A stretch of 64,000 nt of DNA from Planctomycetota bacterium (GTDB lineage Bacteria; Planctomycetota; UBA11346): contig JBBQSO010000005.1 of the NCBI GenBank assembly GCA_038213805.1, positions 46,237-110,236 on the forward strand. Reading direction: 5' to 3'. The translations under genes and the position numbers were made by a program. Positions 35,616-45,637 of the stretch are shown here, piece after piece; the first letter of the stretch is position 1, and the number at the start of each line of letters is the position of its first letter. Below the pieces are notes generated by a model. The model was not told the DNA's origin and searched no databases. It saw only the letters and a list, made by a program, of their open reading frames with translations.

Positions 35616-36560
35616 TCAGGTGTCGGAGAGCTTGAGACCGCCCTGGTTGATGTCGATGTCGTCGAGCACCTTGGGCTTCTTGTCGGTGATCACCGGGACG
35701 CTGTCGAGGTCCTCGAGCAGCTCGGTGACGAACGGGAAGGGCACCAGCATGCTGTGGTGGGTGGCCGCGTTGTAGGCCTTCAGGCCGCTGATCCCGCGCG
35801 CGTTGAGGCGCGTGGCGAGGTCGGCGTGGCTGAGCTCGGCGACGTCGAGCTTGTCGCTGCACACCGTCACCGACCACAGCACGGCGTACATGTGGATGTA
35901 GAGATAGAACGTGCGGCGGTACTTGAAGACCTCGCGCAGGGTCGCGTGGCACTGCTTGAAGGTGTTCGGGCGCGAAACCGGGCTCTCGGTGTGCATCACG
36001 AACAAGCCGTTCTCATCCTTGAAAGTCTTCTTCACCTCCTTGAAGAACTCCTTGGTGTAGAGCATCACCGACGGACCGAACGGGTCGGTCATGTCCATGA
36101 TCACCGCGTCGAACTTCTCCTTGGTCTTCTGCACAAACTTGCGGCCGTCGCCCACCTCGAGGCGGTAGCGCTTGTCGGCGAAGGCGCCGGCGTTGATCTC
36201 GGGCATCAGCTTCTCGCAGAAGTCGACCACACCGCCGTCGAGCTCGGCCATCACCGCCTTCTTGACGGTGCTGTGCTTGAGCACCTCGCGCAGGATGCCG
36301 CCGTCGCCGGCGCCGATGATCAGTACGTCCTCAGGCTTGGGGTGCGCGGTCAAGGCGGGGTGGACCATCGGCTCGTGGTAGAGGAACTCGTTCTTTGAGG
36401 TCACCTGGGTGACGCCGTCCAGCAGCAGCACGTTGCCGAACTCCTCGCTCTCGACGATCTCCAGCTTCTGCCACTTGGTCTTGGCCTGGTGCAGGGTCTT
36501 ACCGGCCTTGTAGAAGTAGCCGAAGGTGGGGTTGAGGCGCTCGACGATGTAGCGGGACAT
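35616..36560 (-). CDS. speE: Polyamine aminopropyltransferase (spermidine synthase)
   Basis: LLLDGVTQ, EFLYHE, GAGDGGILREV, AELD, GDG, DMTDPFGP. Start MSRYIVE after AGGA. Confidence 0.9.
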   Translation of the reverse strand: MSRYIVERLNPTFGYFYKAGKTLHQAKTKWQKLEIVESEEFGNVLLLDGVTQVTSKNEFLYHEPMVHPALTAHPKPEDVLIIGAGDGGILREVLKHSTVKKAVMAELDGGVVDFCEKLMPEINAGAFADKRYRLEVGDGRKFVQKTKEKFDAVIMDMTDPFGPSVMLYTKEFFKEVKKTFKDENGLFVMHTESPVSRPNTFKQCHATLREVFKYRRTFYLYIHMYAVLWSVTVCSDKLDVAELSHADLATRLNARGISGLKAYNAATHHSMLVPFPFVTELLEDLDSVPVITDKKPKVLDDIDINQGGLKLSDT

Positions 36561-36666
36561 GGGATTTCCTGGGGAGTGGGCCGGTCCGCGGCCGCAGGGG
36601 CCGTCCGGGGTGCGCAGGTTGTAGGGGGGCAGCAAACCCCCGCAATCCGAAGATTTCATGAAGGAC

Positions 36667-36716
36667 GGGGGAAGGCCCCGGTCCGGAAGTCCGGAAGTCC
36701 GGAGGTCCGGAAGTCG
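36667..36716. repeat. Solo octamer array (TCCGGAAG)4
   Basis: ggggaaggccccggtccggaagtccggaagtccggaggtccggaagtc upstream of speE. Confidence 0.75.
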
Positions 36717-36928
36717 CGGTAAACCGCGCCTAAAGCGGCACAACCTCCCGCTGCGGGTCGATGCCGGGGATGGCTCCTTGGCGGCTGTAAAGTCCGGGGC
36801 GCAGAGGTAGACCTTCATCCTGGGCCGCGACTTTGGCTTCAAGCGCCGCATCTGCCTTGTCTCTGAACCCGGACAGTCCCTGGCATCTCGACACTCGCCT
36901 CTTGGCGGGCGGCTCCTAGCATTCGGGC

Positions 36929-37834
36929 ATGCTCCACGGCACCACGTCCCCGCTCATCCGGCCGGCCGACCTCGCGCGGCTGCACAGCCTGGAGGTGGCG
37001 GCGCGCATCGTGGTGGAAGGCCTGCAGACCGGCGCGCACCGCAGCCCGCACAAGGGGCACTCGGTCGATTTCGCCGACCACCGGCCGTATGTGGCCGGCG
37101 ACGACCTGCGCCATCTCGACTGGAAGGTGCTCGGTCGCAGCGACCGCCTGGTGCTCAAACGCTACGAGGCTGAGACCGACCTGGGCTGCACACTGGCGGT
37201 CGATGGCTCGGCAAGCATGGGCTACAAGGGCGAGCGTTCGGGGCTCAGCAAATACACCTACGCAGCCGGCTTGGCCGCCTCGATGGCCTACCTGACGCTC
37301 CAGCAGCAGGACCGCGCCGGGCTGGTGATTTTCGCCGAGAAGGTCGCCATCGAATACAAGCCGGCCCGCACCGACCAGCTGTCGCGCATCTGCCGCGCGC
37401 TCGAGGCGCACCAGCCGGCCGCCGGCACCGACGCTGTGAAGGGCCTTGAGCACCTCGTCGCGCCCGCCTACCACAAGGGGCTGGTGCTGGTGTTCAGCGA
37501 TTTCCTCGCCGATCCCGAAACCATCCGCGACACCCTCGATCGGCTGCGCCACCGCGGTCACGACATCGCCCTGGTGTGGGTGCTCGATCCGGACGAACTG
37601 GATCTGGGGGTGTCGACGGTCAGCCGCTTTGAGGGCCTGGAACAGGATGGCACCCTGACTGCTGAGCCACGCAGCCTACGCGTGGCTTATGCCGCCGAGG
37701 TCGCGCGCCACCGCCTGCAGCTGCAGAAGCTGTGCCGCGGGCGCAAGCTGGCCTTCGTCGAGTGCACGACCTCCGAGCCGTTCCACCTGCCGCTGAACCG
37801 GCTGCTGGTCTCGCTGCACGCCGAGCGCCGCTGA
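36929..37834 (+). CDS. DUF58 family protein (vWA-like, MoxR-associated)
   Basis: G.HRSPHKG.SVDFADHRPY..GDDLRHLDWK, VDGSASM, FSDF. Confidence 0.9.
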   Translation: MLHGTTSPLIRPADLARLHSLEVAARIVVEGLQTGAHRSPHKGHSVDFADHRPYVAGDDLRHLDWKVLGRSDRLVLKRYEAETDLGCTLAVDGSASMGYKGERSGLSKYTYAAGLAASMAYLTLQQQDRAGLVIFAEKVAIEYKPARTDQLSRICRALEAHQPAAGTDAVKGLEHLVAPAYHKGLVLVFSDFLADPETIRDTLDRLRHRGHDIALVWVLDPDELDLGVSTVSRFEGLEQDGTLTAEPRSLRVAYAAEVARHRLQLQKLCRGRKLAFVECTTSEPFHLPLNRLLVSLHAERR

Positions 37835-37938
37835 CCGCTCGCGGATGGTGCGCAGGGTCGTACCCGCCCCACCGGTGCCGAGGGCGGGCATCCGAAAGCC
37901 TCAGAAGTTGGTGAAGGCGCTGGTCGCGGCGCGGCCCC

Positions 37939-38157
37939 TTAACGTGCGAGCGGGATGCGGCCGACCTTTGGCGTCTCGGTGATCGCGACAGAGCCGTTCT
38001 TGCTGACCCCGCGGATGACGATGTGCGAGCCGAAGGAGTTCTCGGCCAGGCCGATCGAAGCCTTGCCGGAGGTGATGGCCTCGAGCACGTGGGACTTGGC
38101 TGCTTCTGCGGTAGCGTGATCCTTGGAGAGGTTGCCGATGCGGGTTCGGAAGGCCAT
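37939..38157 (-). CDS. Small hypothetical protein (72 aa)
   Basis: MAFRTRIGNLSK... with GC3-biased codons and an AAGGGA RBS. Confidence 0.55.
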   Translation of the reverse strand: MAFRTRIGNLSKDHATAEAAKSHVLEAITSGKASIGLAENSFGSHIVIRGVSKNGSVAITETPKVGRIPLAR

Positions 38158-38368
38158 GGAGTGGATCCCTTGCCCGTGCATACCCGAGGGCGCCGATGGT
38201 ATGCAAATGCTTCCTTTTGCGAGCGGGTGAGACCATGGAGCCAGCCCTGCTCCGCGGACCTTAGACACGTCGGGCACCGGCAGCATTCGCCCGTTGTGTT
38301 GGGCCAGCGCCCAAGCGTGGTGCCTGAAAATCCTGGTCGGCGACGGCCTTCGCCGACCATACCCTGGA

Positions 38369-40852
38369 TCAGGGCAGCACGATGTCCGTGCTCTCTCCTA
38401 CGGCGATGACGCGGGTATCCGCTGGATGTCCCACCACGGCCGCGGTGACCGCAAGCTTTCCTCCCTGCCGCTCCACCACCAAGTCCCACTCGCGGCCGAA
38501 GGCGCGGATGCTGCGCAGCGCCATGCGTGGCCAGCCGTCCGGCAGGCGCGGGGTGCAGCGGAAGCGGTCCAGGCCCGTGGGCAGGATGCCGAACAGGCCT
38601 TCGCTGAAGATGCGGCAGTAGAGGGCGCTCTCGGATGACAGCTGGTTGCCGCGGCTGCCAGTCTCGACCGCGTAGGGTACGTGGTCGCCGAGCAGGCGGC
38701 GCTGGCTGAAGGCGGTCAGGTAGCGCAACCCTTCAGCGGTCGCGCCGGCCTGGAAGACGCCGCGCAGACCGTAGAGCGTCGAGCGGTCCCAGAAGATGCG
38801 GTTGCCGGCCTGGGTGGCGAGACCGTCAACGGACCACAGGCGCGGCGAGAATAACGCGGCGATGGTGGCGTCACGGCGCTCCATCAGCCCCATGCACAGC
38901 GGCAGGCAGATCCACGAGCGCAGCACCTCGCAGCCGTCGAAGTAGCGGTAGGTCGCGAAGCCCTCGACGCTGGCACCGAAGCAGCGCTCGATGGCCTGGG
39001 CCACGCTCACGGCGCGCTGGTCGTAGTCAGCGGCCTCGCCACGTCGACCCAGGGCACGCGCGAGGTCCGCCGCGGAGCGCAGGCCGCCATAGCACAGGCT
39101 GATAGTCGAAAGGTTGGCGGCGCCGGCGGGAAAGCGTCCTTCGAGCTCGTCGTTGTCCGAGCGGATCGCGCCGTCCGGTCCGGTCTGCCGCCGGCAGTAC
39201 TCCAGACACCAGACGATGCCTGGCCAAAGCTCCTCGGCGAAGGCGCGGTCGCCGCGCGCCAGACAGAAGCGCGCGCAGCCATAGGCGTACATCGCTGCGT
39301 CGCCGCGGTCGCCGGCGCCGTCCCAGAAGCTGGTGCCCTCGGCGACAATCGACGAAGGGATGCGATGGTAGTCGGGCTTCATGGAGGCCCGGTAGCCACG
39401 GTAGGTGTCGAGCGAGGCCTGATTGCCGCCGTCATCGCCCAGGAACGGGAAGAACGGGCCGGCGTATTCGACGTTGTCGTTGCACCACGTGGCGGCGTAG
39501 TACGCCAGACCGCCAGGCGCGAGCATCAGTCCACCGCGCGTGGCGTTGATCGCTTCGGCGACGCGCAGCTTGGCCATGGCGAAGGTGTGGTCGAGGACCG
39601 GATCGGGAGTCTCCAGGCGCAGCGCCTGCTGCAGGCCGGCGAAGAAGGCGCGGCGTGCGGCCTCGTCAGCGGCGGCGTCCGGTACCGCGCTGGTCGCCTC
39701 GCCTTCCAGGTACGCGCTGAAGCGCACCGCGAAATCCATGGACCGGCCTGGCGCGAGCACGGTGCTCGCGGGCGCATCGTGGGCGACCTCCATGATGTTC
39801 AGGCCATACGGCCCGCGCACCTCGTCGCGGAGCGCCAGCGGTGCGACCGCCACCGTCAACGGGGCGGATCCCGTGTTGCGCAGGGTCCAGCGGTCGAGTG
39901 CGGTGCGCGCGCTGGTGGTCGGAAAGGTGCAGCGCGTGATCGCGACCCCGGCCGACGCGGTGGCGTGGAAGGTCAAGGTGCCATCCAGTACCACCCGCGT
40001 CACGCGCAGTTCGCCGAGCGGTGAGCCGTTGATACTGATCGCCGGCTCGGCCTCGTGGCCATAGTGGTGGATGAGGCTGCTATGGGTGTTGTTCGGCGGG
40101 ATGCGTAGCGACGGCCACACCAGGCTGCGCGCGACACGCAGGCCGCGTTCGCCGCTGACCGCATACTCGACGACCTGGCCGGCGAGACGGCCGCCCTGCT
40201 CGAGGAAGTCGTCATGTTCGGGGGCGCGATCGCCGGCGACATCCCATGCGATGGTGGAATTGTCGGCAAGGTGCCAGCGCACATGCGGTGGCGCCGGGAT
40301 GGTCTCGGGCCGGTTGCCGGCGACCTGGAACGCCGCCTCGGACCAGTCGGCATGGTCGCCACCGATGCCGTCTCCTCCGCTGCTGACGGCCAGGATCAGC
40401 GTGTGCAACCCGGCGATGTCGACATCCACCGGTTTGGAGGGATCGCTGCCATGCATCACGCCGCTGCGCCACAGCTCCTTGCCGTCGCCGCTGATGATGA
40501 ACTCCACGCTTCCGCTGCGGCCCATGGCGCCGTCTTCGTCATCGACGCCGACGTTGGCAGTGAAGCGCGTACTGCCACCGGCGAGCGCAATGTGGAGCGC
40601 GCTGGGCGCGTGCGTGCCGAAGCCGTGGGTGAAGCGGATGCCGCCGATGCGCAGGGGGTGACCCTCCACCGAACGGTCGATGCCGGGGGAACCCCAACCT
40701 TGCTGGGCCAGGCTCAGGTCGAGCGAGGAGAGCCGTACATTCTCGGCACCCGGCAGCGCGGTGGCCAGGGCCAGGGCGCAGGCGAGGATCACAAATCTTC
40801 CGACCGCGGTCGGATGAACTGCGGACATCTGGAGACGCGACGCGATCGGCAT
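38369..40852 (-). CDS. Secreted NPCBM/NEW2 domain + six-hairpin glycosidase-like protein
   Basis: NPCBM motifs (G.GTHAPS, VGVDD, DHADW). YYAA.W.ND..EY, DELEGRFP, WDRSTLY. Confidence 0.8.
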   Translation of the reverse strand: MPIASRLQMSAVHPTAVGRFVILACALALATALPGAENVRLSSLDLSLAQQGWGSPGIDRSVEGHPLRIGGIRFTHGFGTHAPSALHIALAGGSTRFTANVGVDDEDGAMGRSGSVEFIISGDGKELWRSGVMHGSDPSKPVDVDIAGLHTLILAVSSGGDGIGGDHADWSEAAFQVAGNRPETIPAPPHVRWHLADNSTIAWDVAGDRAPEHDDFLEQGGRLAGQVVEYAVSGERGLRVARSLVWPSLRIPPNNTHSSLIHHYGHEAEPAISINGSPLGELRVTRVVLDGTLTFHATASAGVAITRCTFPTTSARTALDRWTLRNTGSAPLTVAVAPLALRDEVRGPYGLNIMEVAHDAPASTVLAPGRSMDFAVRFSAYLEGEATSAVPDAAADEAARRAFFAGLQQALRLETPDPVLDHTFAMAKLRVAEAINATRGGLMLAPGGLAYYAATWCNDNVEYAGPFFPFLGDDGGNQASLDTYRGYRASMKPDYHRIPSSIVAEGTSFWDGAGDRGDAAMYAYGCARFCLARGDRAFAEELWPGIVWCLEYCRRQTGPDGAIRSDNDELEGRFPAGAANLSTISLCYGGLRSAADLARALGRRGEAADYDQRAVSVAQAIERCFGASVEGFATYRYFDGCEVLRSWICLPLCMGLMERRDATIAALFSPRLWSVDGLATQAGNRIFWDRSTLYGLRGVFQAGATAEGLRYLTAFSQRRLLGDHVPYAVETGSRGNQLSSESALYCRIFSEGLFGILPTGLDRFRCTPRLPDGWPRMALRSIRAFGREWDLVVERQGGKLAVTAAVVGHPADTRVIAVGESTDIVLP

Positions 40853-40978
40853 GAACCAGCCTCCGGAAGGATGGTTCCAGAGTAGCTTGGCCAGCGATCC
40901 GGCCAGTCGCGAATCTCTGACATGGACATGCGTGAAACGCGCACGTGCGACTCGCGACTCGCGCCATGAGACCCCGAT

Positions 40979-41812
40979 TCAGCGGTGGCGGGCGCGGAAG
41001 GCGCTTGGAGGCAGGCCCACGACGCGGCGGAAGACGGCGCTGAAGTAGAGCGGGGTGAAGCCCAGCTCGCGTGCGATGGCGCTGCTCGGACGGTCGGAGC
41101 CGAGGAGCAGGGCCTGCGCCTGGCGCATAGCGTGCAGCAGGCCATAGCGCTGCGGCGTGGTCTGCAGACCGGCTCGAAACAGGCGATTGAGATGCGCGGC
41201 GCTGACCCCGGCGCGCTGCGCCAGGTCCGCGGTCGACAGCGCGCGCCCTGCGCGTCCTTCGAGCAGCGGCAGGACGCGTACCACCGCCGGGTGCAGCACC
41301 GCCTCGCCACGCGCCGCCTGGCTGGACATAAGCAGCTCGACGAGCAGCTGGTAGCCGATCCCGGACGCCTGCGCGTGCCAGTCGCCGCGTGCGCGCATGA
41401 ACAACCGGCGCAGGCCCGCGAACAGCGTCTGGGCACGGCGCGCATCGCGCCACACCACGCGCGATGGCAGGCGTCCGACCACATCGTCGGCGAGGGGGCC
41501 GGCCAGACCGAAGTAGACTTTGTGCACCGCGCCGCCGAGTGCGCGGTAACGGTGCCGTGCGCCCCGCCGCAGCACGAAGGCTTCGCCGGCGCCGATTTCC
41601 GCGCTCGCGCCGTCCTGTTCGAGATGGATGGTCCCGCGCAACACCAGCTCGATGGCTATGATCGGTGAGCATACCCGCGCGCAGACCTCGCCCCGCGGCC
41701 ACCACGAAGCGCCGATCTCGGTCACGCGCAGCGGCAGCGGCGCCGGGCTGTGGCCGGCGAGGATGAACCAGCTGCTCGCCGAGCCGCTGCCGCGGATGCG
41801 ATTCACAGTCAT
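40979..41812 (-). CDS. AraC-family transcriptional regulator
   Basis: Cupin-like N-terminus. LAQRAGVS..HL.RLFR, IARELGF..LYFSAVFRR.VG..PSAFR. Confidence 0.9.
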   Translation of the reverse strand: MTVNRIRGSGSASSWFILAGHSPAPLPLRVTEIGASWWPRGEVCARVCSPIIAIELVLRGTIHLEQDGASAEIGAGEAFVLRRGARHRYRALGGAVHKVYFGLAGPLADDVVGRLPSRVVWRDARRAQTLFAGLRRLFMRARGDWHAQASGIGYQLLVELLMSSQAARGEAVLHPAVVRVLPLLEGRAGRALSTADLAQRAGVSAAHLNRLFRAGLQTTPQRYGLLHAMRQAQALLLGSDRPSSAIARELGFTPLYFSAVFRRVVGLPPSAFRARHR

Positions 41813-42058
41813 CGCGGGCCACCTAGCCGAGCCATTCGCGCAAACGTCAGGACGTTCATGACGGCCAGCATGCCGGTGCGGATCCAGGGGCCCAGTCACA
41901 AGCTGCCGATGGTCGACGCGAGGGGCTGGCGTGCGACCGGCTTGGGCATTCTTGAGCTGTGCCTGGGCGATCCTGCACCGGACACCCGCCGCGACCAGGT
42001 GATGCTGACAGAGGTTCCCAGACCTGCCCGTGCCGCGCAGGTGACCAGAAGACACACC

Positions 42059-43090
42059 CTACTGCGCCATCGCCGGCAACGGCGGCACCAACCGCGGATT
42101 CCCCCGCTGATGCCAGTACGGGTAGAGCACCCGCACGTCGCTCGCCGCATCCAAACGCGCGACCTCATCGACCGTGAGCGACCAGCCCACCGCACCGAGG
42201 TTCTGACGCAGCTGCGCTTCGTTGCGCGCGCCGACCACGATGCTCGCCACGGTGGGTTTGCGCAGCAGCCAGTTGAGCGCGACCTGCGGAACCAGCTTGC
42301 CGCGCTCCCCGGCGATGGCGGCGAGCACGTCGACGACGCGGAACAGCACCTCCTCCTCGTAAGGCACAAAGCTGATCTGGCCGAGGCGACTGTCCTTGGG
42401 CGCGGGGGTGCCGCGGCGGACCTTGCCGCTAAGCGCGCCGCCGGCCAGCGGGCTCCAAACGATGGTGCCGACACCCTGGTCGAGCCCGAGTGGGATCAGC
42501 TCCCACTCCAGTTCGCGGCCGACCAGCGAGTAGTAGGCCTGGTGGGCGATGTAGCGGCTCCAGCCGCGCTGGTCGGCAATGCCCTGGGCCTTCATCAGGT
42601 GCCAGCCCGAGAAGTTCGAGCAGGCCAGGTAGCGCACCTTGCCGCTGCGCACCAGATCATCGAGCGCGGACATGGTTTCGGCGATGGGAGTGAACGCGTC
42701 GAAGCCGTGCAGGTGGTAGAGGTCAATGCGGTCGGTGCGCAGGCGGCGCAAGCTGGCCTCGCACTGCTCGATGAGGTGTCGGCGCGAAGATCCGAAGTCG
42801 TTGGGCCCGTCGCCCATGGGGAAGGTCGCCTTGGTCGATACCAGCACGTGCTCGCGGCGGCCCTTGAGGGCGCTCCCGAGAATCTCTTCGGACAGACCGC
42901 GCGAGTAGACATTGGCGGTGTCGAAGAAGTTCAAACCGCTTTCCAGGCACACGTCGACCAGCCGCGAGGCCTCGGCGACGTCGGTGCTGCCCCAGGCCTT
43001 GAAGAAGTCACCGACGCCGCCGAAGGTCGCGGTTCCGAAGCACAGCACGGGGACGGTGAGGCCGGAGGCGCCGAGGCGGCGGAATTCCAT
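42059..43090 (-). CDS. Aldo/keto reductase
   Basis: FDTANVYS.G.SEEILG, IDLYHLH, CSNFSGW, WSPLAGG.LSGK. Confidence 0.92.
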   Translation of the reverse strand: MEFRRLGASGLTVPVLCFGTATFGGVGDFFKAWGSTDVAEASRLVDVCLESGLNFFDTANVYSRGLSEEILGSALKGRREHVLVSTKATFPMGDGPNDFGSSRRHLIEQCEASLRRLRTDRIDLYHLHGFDAFTPIAETMSALDDLVRSGKVRYLACSNFSGWHLMKAQGIADQRGWSRYIAHQAYYSLVGRELEWELIPLGLDQGVGTIVWSPLAGGALSGKVRRGTPAPKDSRLGQISFVPYEEEVLFRVVDVLAAIAGERGKLVPQVALNWLLRKPTVASIVVGARNEAQLRQNLGAVGWSLTVDEVARLDAASDVRVLYPYWHQRGNPRLVPPLPAMAQ

Positions 43091-43262
43091 GGCGCGGTTC
43101 CAGATGGCGTTAAGCGGGAACGGGACAGCTGCACACTAAGCTGAAACTTGGCTGCGTCACGGGCACGTCGTAGTGCTCTGCCGCTGCCCCCTGAGTCGCG
43201 TTTCCAGTGCACCTGTACAACGCTTCGGGCTGTGAACGGTCACGCGATGAGTGGCACGGTGA

Positions 43263-43748
43263 TCATGGGGAGTCGAGCGGTCTCACACTCGCATCGCTCG
43301 CCGCCCCCGCCACCCGCCTGCGCTCATCCCCGCTTTCGTCGCTGCTCGGCAGGAACCGCTCCAAGGACTTGACCCAGCGCACCAGCTCGGCGAAGTCCTG
43401 TGGCTTGATCATGAACTCGCTGATGCCCCACGAAGAGCAGACCAGCTCATCGTCGGCGCGGTGCGAGCCGGTCAGCACGACCAGTGGCACTTCGCGCGGG
43501 CCATACGCGGTGCGGATGACCTGCAGAAGGGTTTTGCCCTTCAGCCCGGGCAGGCCGAGGTCGAGCACGACCAGCGCCGGCAGCGGCTTGCCGGCGTAGC
43601 CGCCGAGGCGATTCAGCCGTACCACCGCCTCGGTGGCGTCGCTGGCATGCGTGACGGTGGCGTGCAGACCGCTGGCGATTACGGCAGCCGTGAACAGGTC
43701 GCGGTCGTCCTTGCGGTCTTCGATCATGAGGATTTCGGGCGCGGCCAT
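43263..43748 (-). CDS. Single-domain response regulator (Rcp1-like)
   Basis: ILMIED, VVLDLGLP, VVLTGS, KP. Confidence 0.85.
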   Translation of the reverse strand: MAAPEILMIEDRKDDRDLFTAAVIASGLHATVTHASDATEAVVRLNRLGGYAGKPLPALVVLDLGLPGLKGKTLLQVIRTAYGPREVPLVVLTGSHRADDELVCSSWGISEFMIKPQDFAELVRWVKSLERFLPSSDESGDERRRVAGAASDASVRPLDSP

Positions 43749-43962
43749 GGTGTCCCTATTCCAAATGGGTGAGGGCAGACCAACGGTGAGCCTAGCCGGA
43801 TCCTGAGGCATGTCGAGAACGAGATGGCTCTCACCGTGACGACTTTGGCGGTCAGTGCCCCAACCCGCACCACAAACGCGATACAGCGGACGAGCACGGC
43901 AGGATGGCTGGCGCCAAATTGCTGATCTCACGCGCAGGGCGGGGGATTGACATGTCGGCCGA

Positions 43963-44376
43963 TCACCAGCGCAGCAACGGCCGCGACCAGGGCACCGCGG
44001 CAGCGAGGCCGATGAGCGCGATGGTCGCCATGACTGCTGCGCTGCGGGGGCGGCCGCGCTTGCCAAGGATCTTCGCCCCATGCACCAGCCCGAGGGCGAC
44101 CAGCATCACCGCCGGATGGATGACGCGCAGGAAGAAGGCCTCGCCGCCCTGACCCGCCGCCGGTCCCGGCAGGGGGCTGAGCGCATACAGTGCCACACCT
44201 AAGACCAGTTGGAGGTCGACTGCGATCATCCACAGCATGGCCAACCGCCCGGCGCTGGCGGTATGGCTGCCCGCGGCGCGCCGCCAGGCCGCGATGGTGG
44301 CGAACAGGCCGGCGCCGAGCACCACCCAACGCCATAGGCTGTGCGCCGCGAGCAGGAACAGGTAGGCGGATCCCAT
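43963..44376 (-). CDS. Small 4-TM membrane protein with conserved His (cytochrome b-like)
   Basis: HS.WRW.VL, DLQLVLG..LY, HP..ML.A..LVH, PW.RPL. Confidence 0.65.
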   Translation of the reverse strand: MGSAYLFLLAAHSLWRWVVLGAGLFATIAAWRRAAGSHTASAGRLAMLWMIAVDLQLVLGVALYALSPLPGPAAGQGGEAFFLRVIHPAVMLVALGLVHGAKILGKRGRPRSAAVMATIALIGLAAAVPWSRPLLRW

Positions 44377-44514
44377 GGCATCTCCCCAGTGGTGCGGGTG
44401 CGGACGATCCGAAGCGGCCGGGCTTCCGCAATCAGCAGGTGGCACCTTCCTGCACCGGAGGCGATCCGGACCCGTCCCGGTGCACCAGGTCCGCGCCCAT
44501 GCGTTCCGCTCTGC

Positions 44515-45183
44515 TCAGGGGCGAAGACCGTTCCTGCGGGGCTCATCCCCGGTCGCAACCGGGATCGCCACTGCCCGCCCATCGGCGATGAGCTCGCCGG
44601 AACCCGTCAAGGCGATGGCGTGCGTCTCGCGTTCCCAGTCGAGTCCGGCCGTGGGCAGGCGCAGGCGCAGGTGGCGCGTGCCACTGCCGCTCAGAAACAG
44701 GGCCGCGGTGCCGTCGGACAGTCGTGCCAGGGAGAACTGCGAGAGCTGTAATCGGTTCTCCCCCCAACGCAGCGGGAAGGATTGGTAGACGCCCTCGCCC
44801 TCGATGCTCATCGTCAACTGAAGGCCGTGAAAGTTGTGGTAGGTCACATCGGCGGTTTCGGCGATCAGCACCGCGGCGACCAGTACGGCGATCAGAATGA
44901 TCACCCCTCCGTCATTATTGCCGCCGAAATTCCAGTTTCCGCCGCCGCTGTTGTTGCCAGCGTTCCCAGCGCTGCCGGAGGAAGCGAACAAGGAGTCCTC
45001 GCCCCGCGGCCAAATCGCGTACGCCGACTGGCGCTTCACGAAACCCTTCTCGACGGTGATGCTGAGATTTGCCGGTTCGTTGTCCGCCCTGGCCTGCCCA
45101 CAGCCGACCGGGATGACCAGCAGGGCCGCGAGCAGGGGGCAGAGGAGGAGTCGCGTCGCGGGCTGGAGGTGCGTGCGTTTCAC
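44515..45183 (-). CDS. Hypothetical lipoprotein-like protein
   Basis: Signal ending VIPVGC, Gly/Asn-rich linker, internal hydrophobic segment. Confidence 0.55.
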   Translation of the reverse strand: MKRTHLQPATRLLLCPLLAALLVIPVGCGQARADNEPANLSITVEKGFVKRQSAYAIWPRGEDSLFASSGSAGNAGNNSGGGNWNFGGNNDGGVIILIAVLVAAVLIAETADVTYHNFHGLQLTMSIEGEGVYQSFPLRWGENRLQLSQFSLARLSDGTAALFLSGSGTRHLRLRLPTAGLDWERETHAIALTGSGELIADGRAVAIPVATGDEPRRNGLRP

Positions 45184-45637
45184 TGGGCCGCGTCCTGCTT
45201 TTCGCCGAGATCGCGAATCACGATCAGCAGCCCGGAAGCAAGGAGCATGGTTGCACAGGCAAGGTGAGGCATGGAATTTCCCAGACTTGACGGGGCGGCG
45301 GATCCATGGCCATCATCACCGGTCCTCGCACGATTCCTAGGGCTGCATCGGGCCGCGTCTTACCGGCTGTCCTGCATGGCATTCGGGCCCGTGCATCTGG
45401 CAAACAGCACAACCAGGGCGAGCACGCGTCATCGGCCCATCCAAGGTGTATGGTGGCGGACAAAGCGAGTCTGGAGATGGAGGTGAGCCTGCCTCCGTGC
45501 GGCCGCGTGTGTTGGATTCCTACATGCGTGCAGATCTGCGCCGCCCCTTCCGCCCGGAGTGTGGGTGCTTCCTACAAGCACTCCCCCCGTGCCGGTGTGT
45601 ATGATGCCGGTGTCACCCCTACCCAAGGACGCCTTCC

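Noticed and set aside
41826..42058. Possible small gene between AraC and the AKR
   Set aside because: No frame with a convincing start, stop and codon bias.
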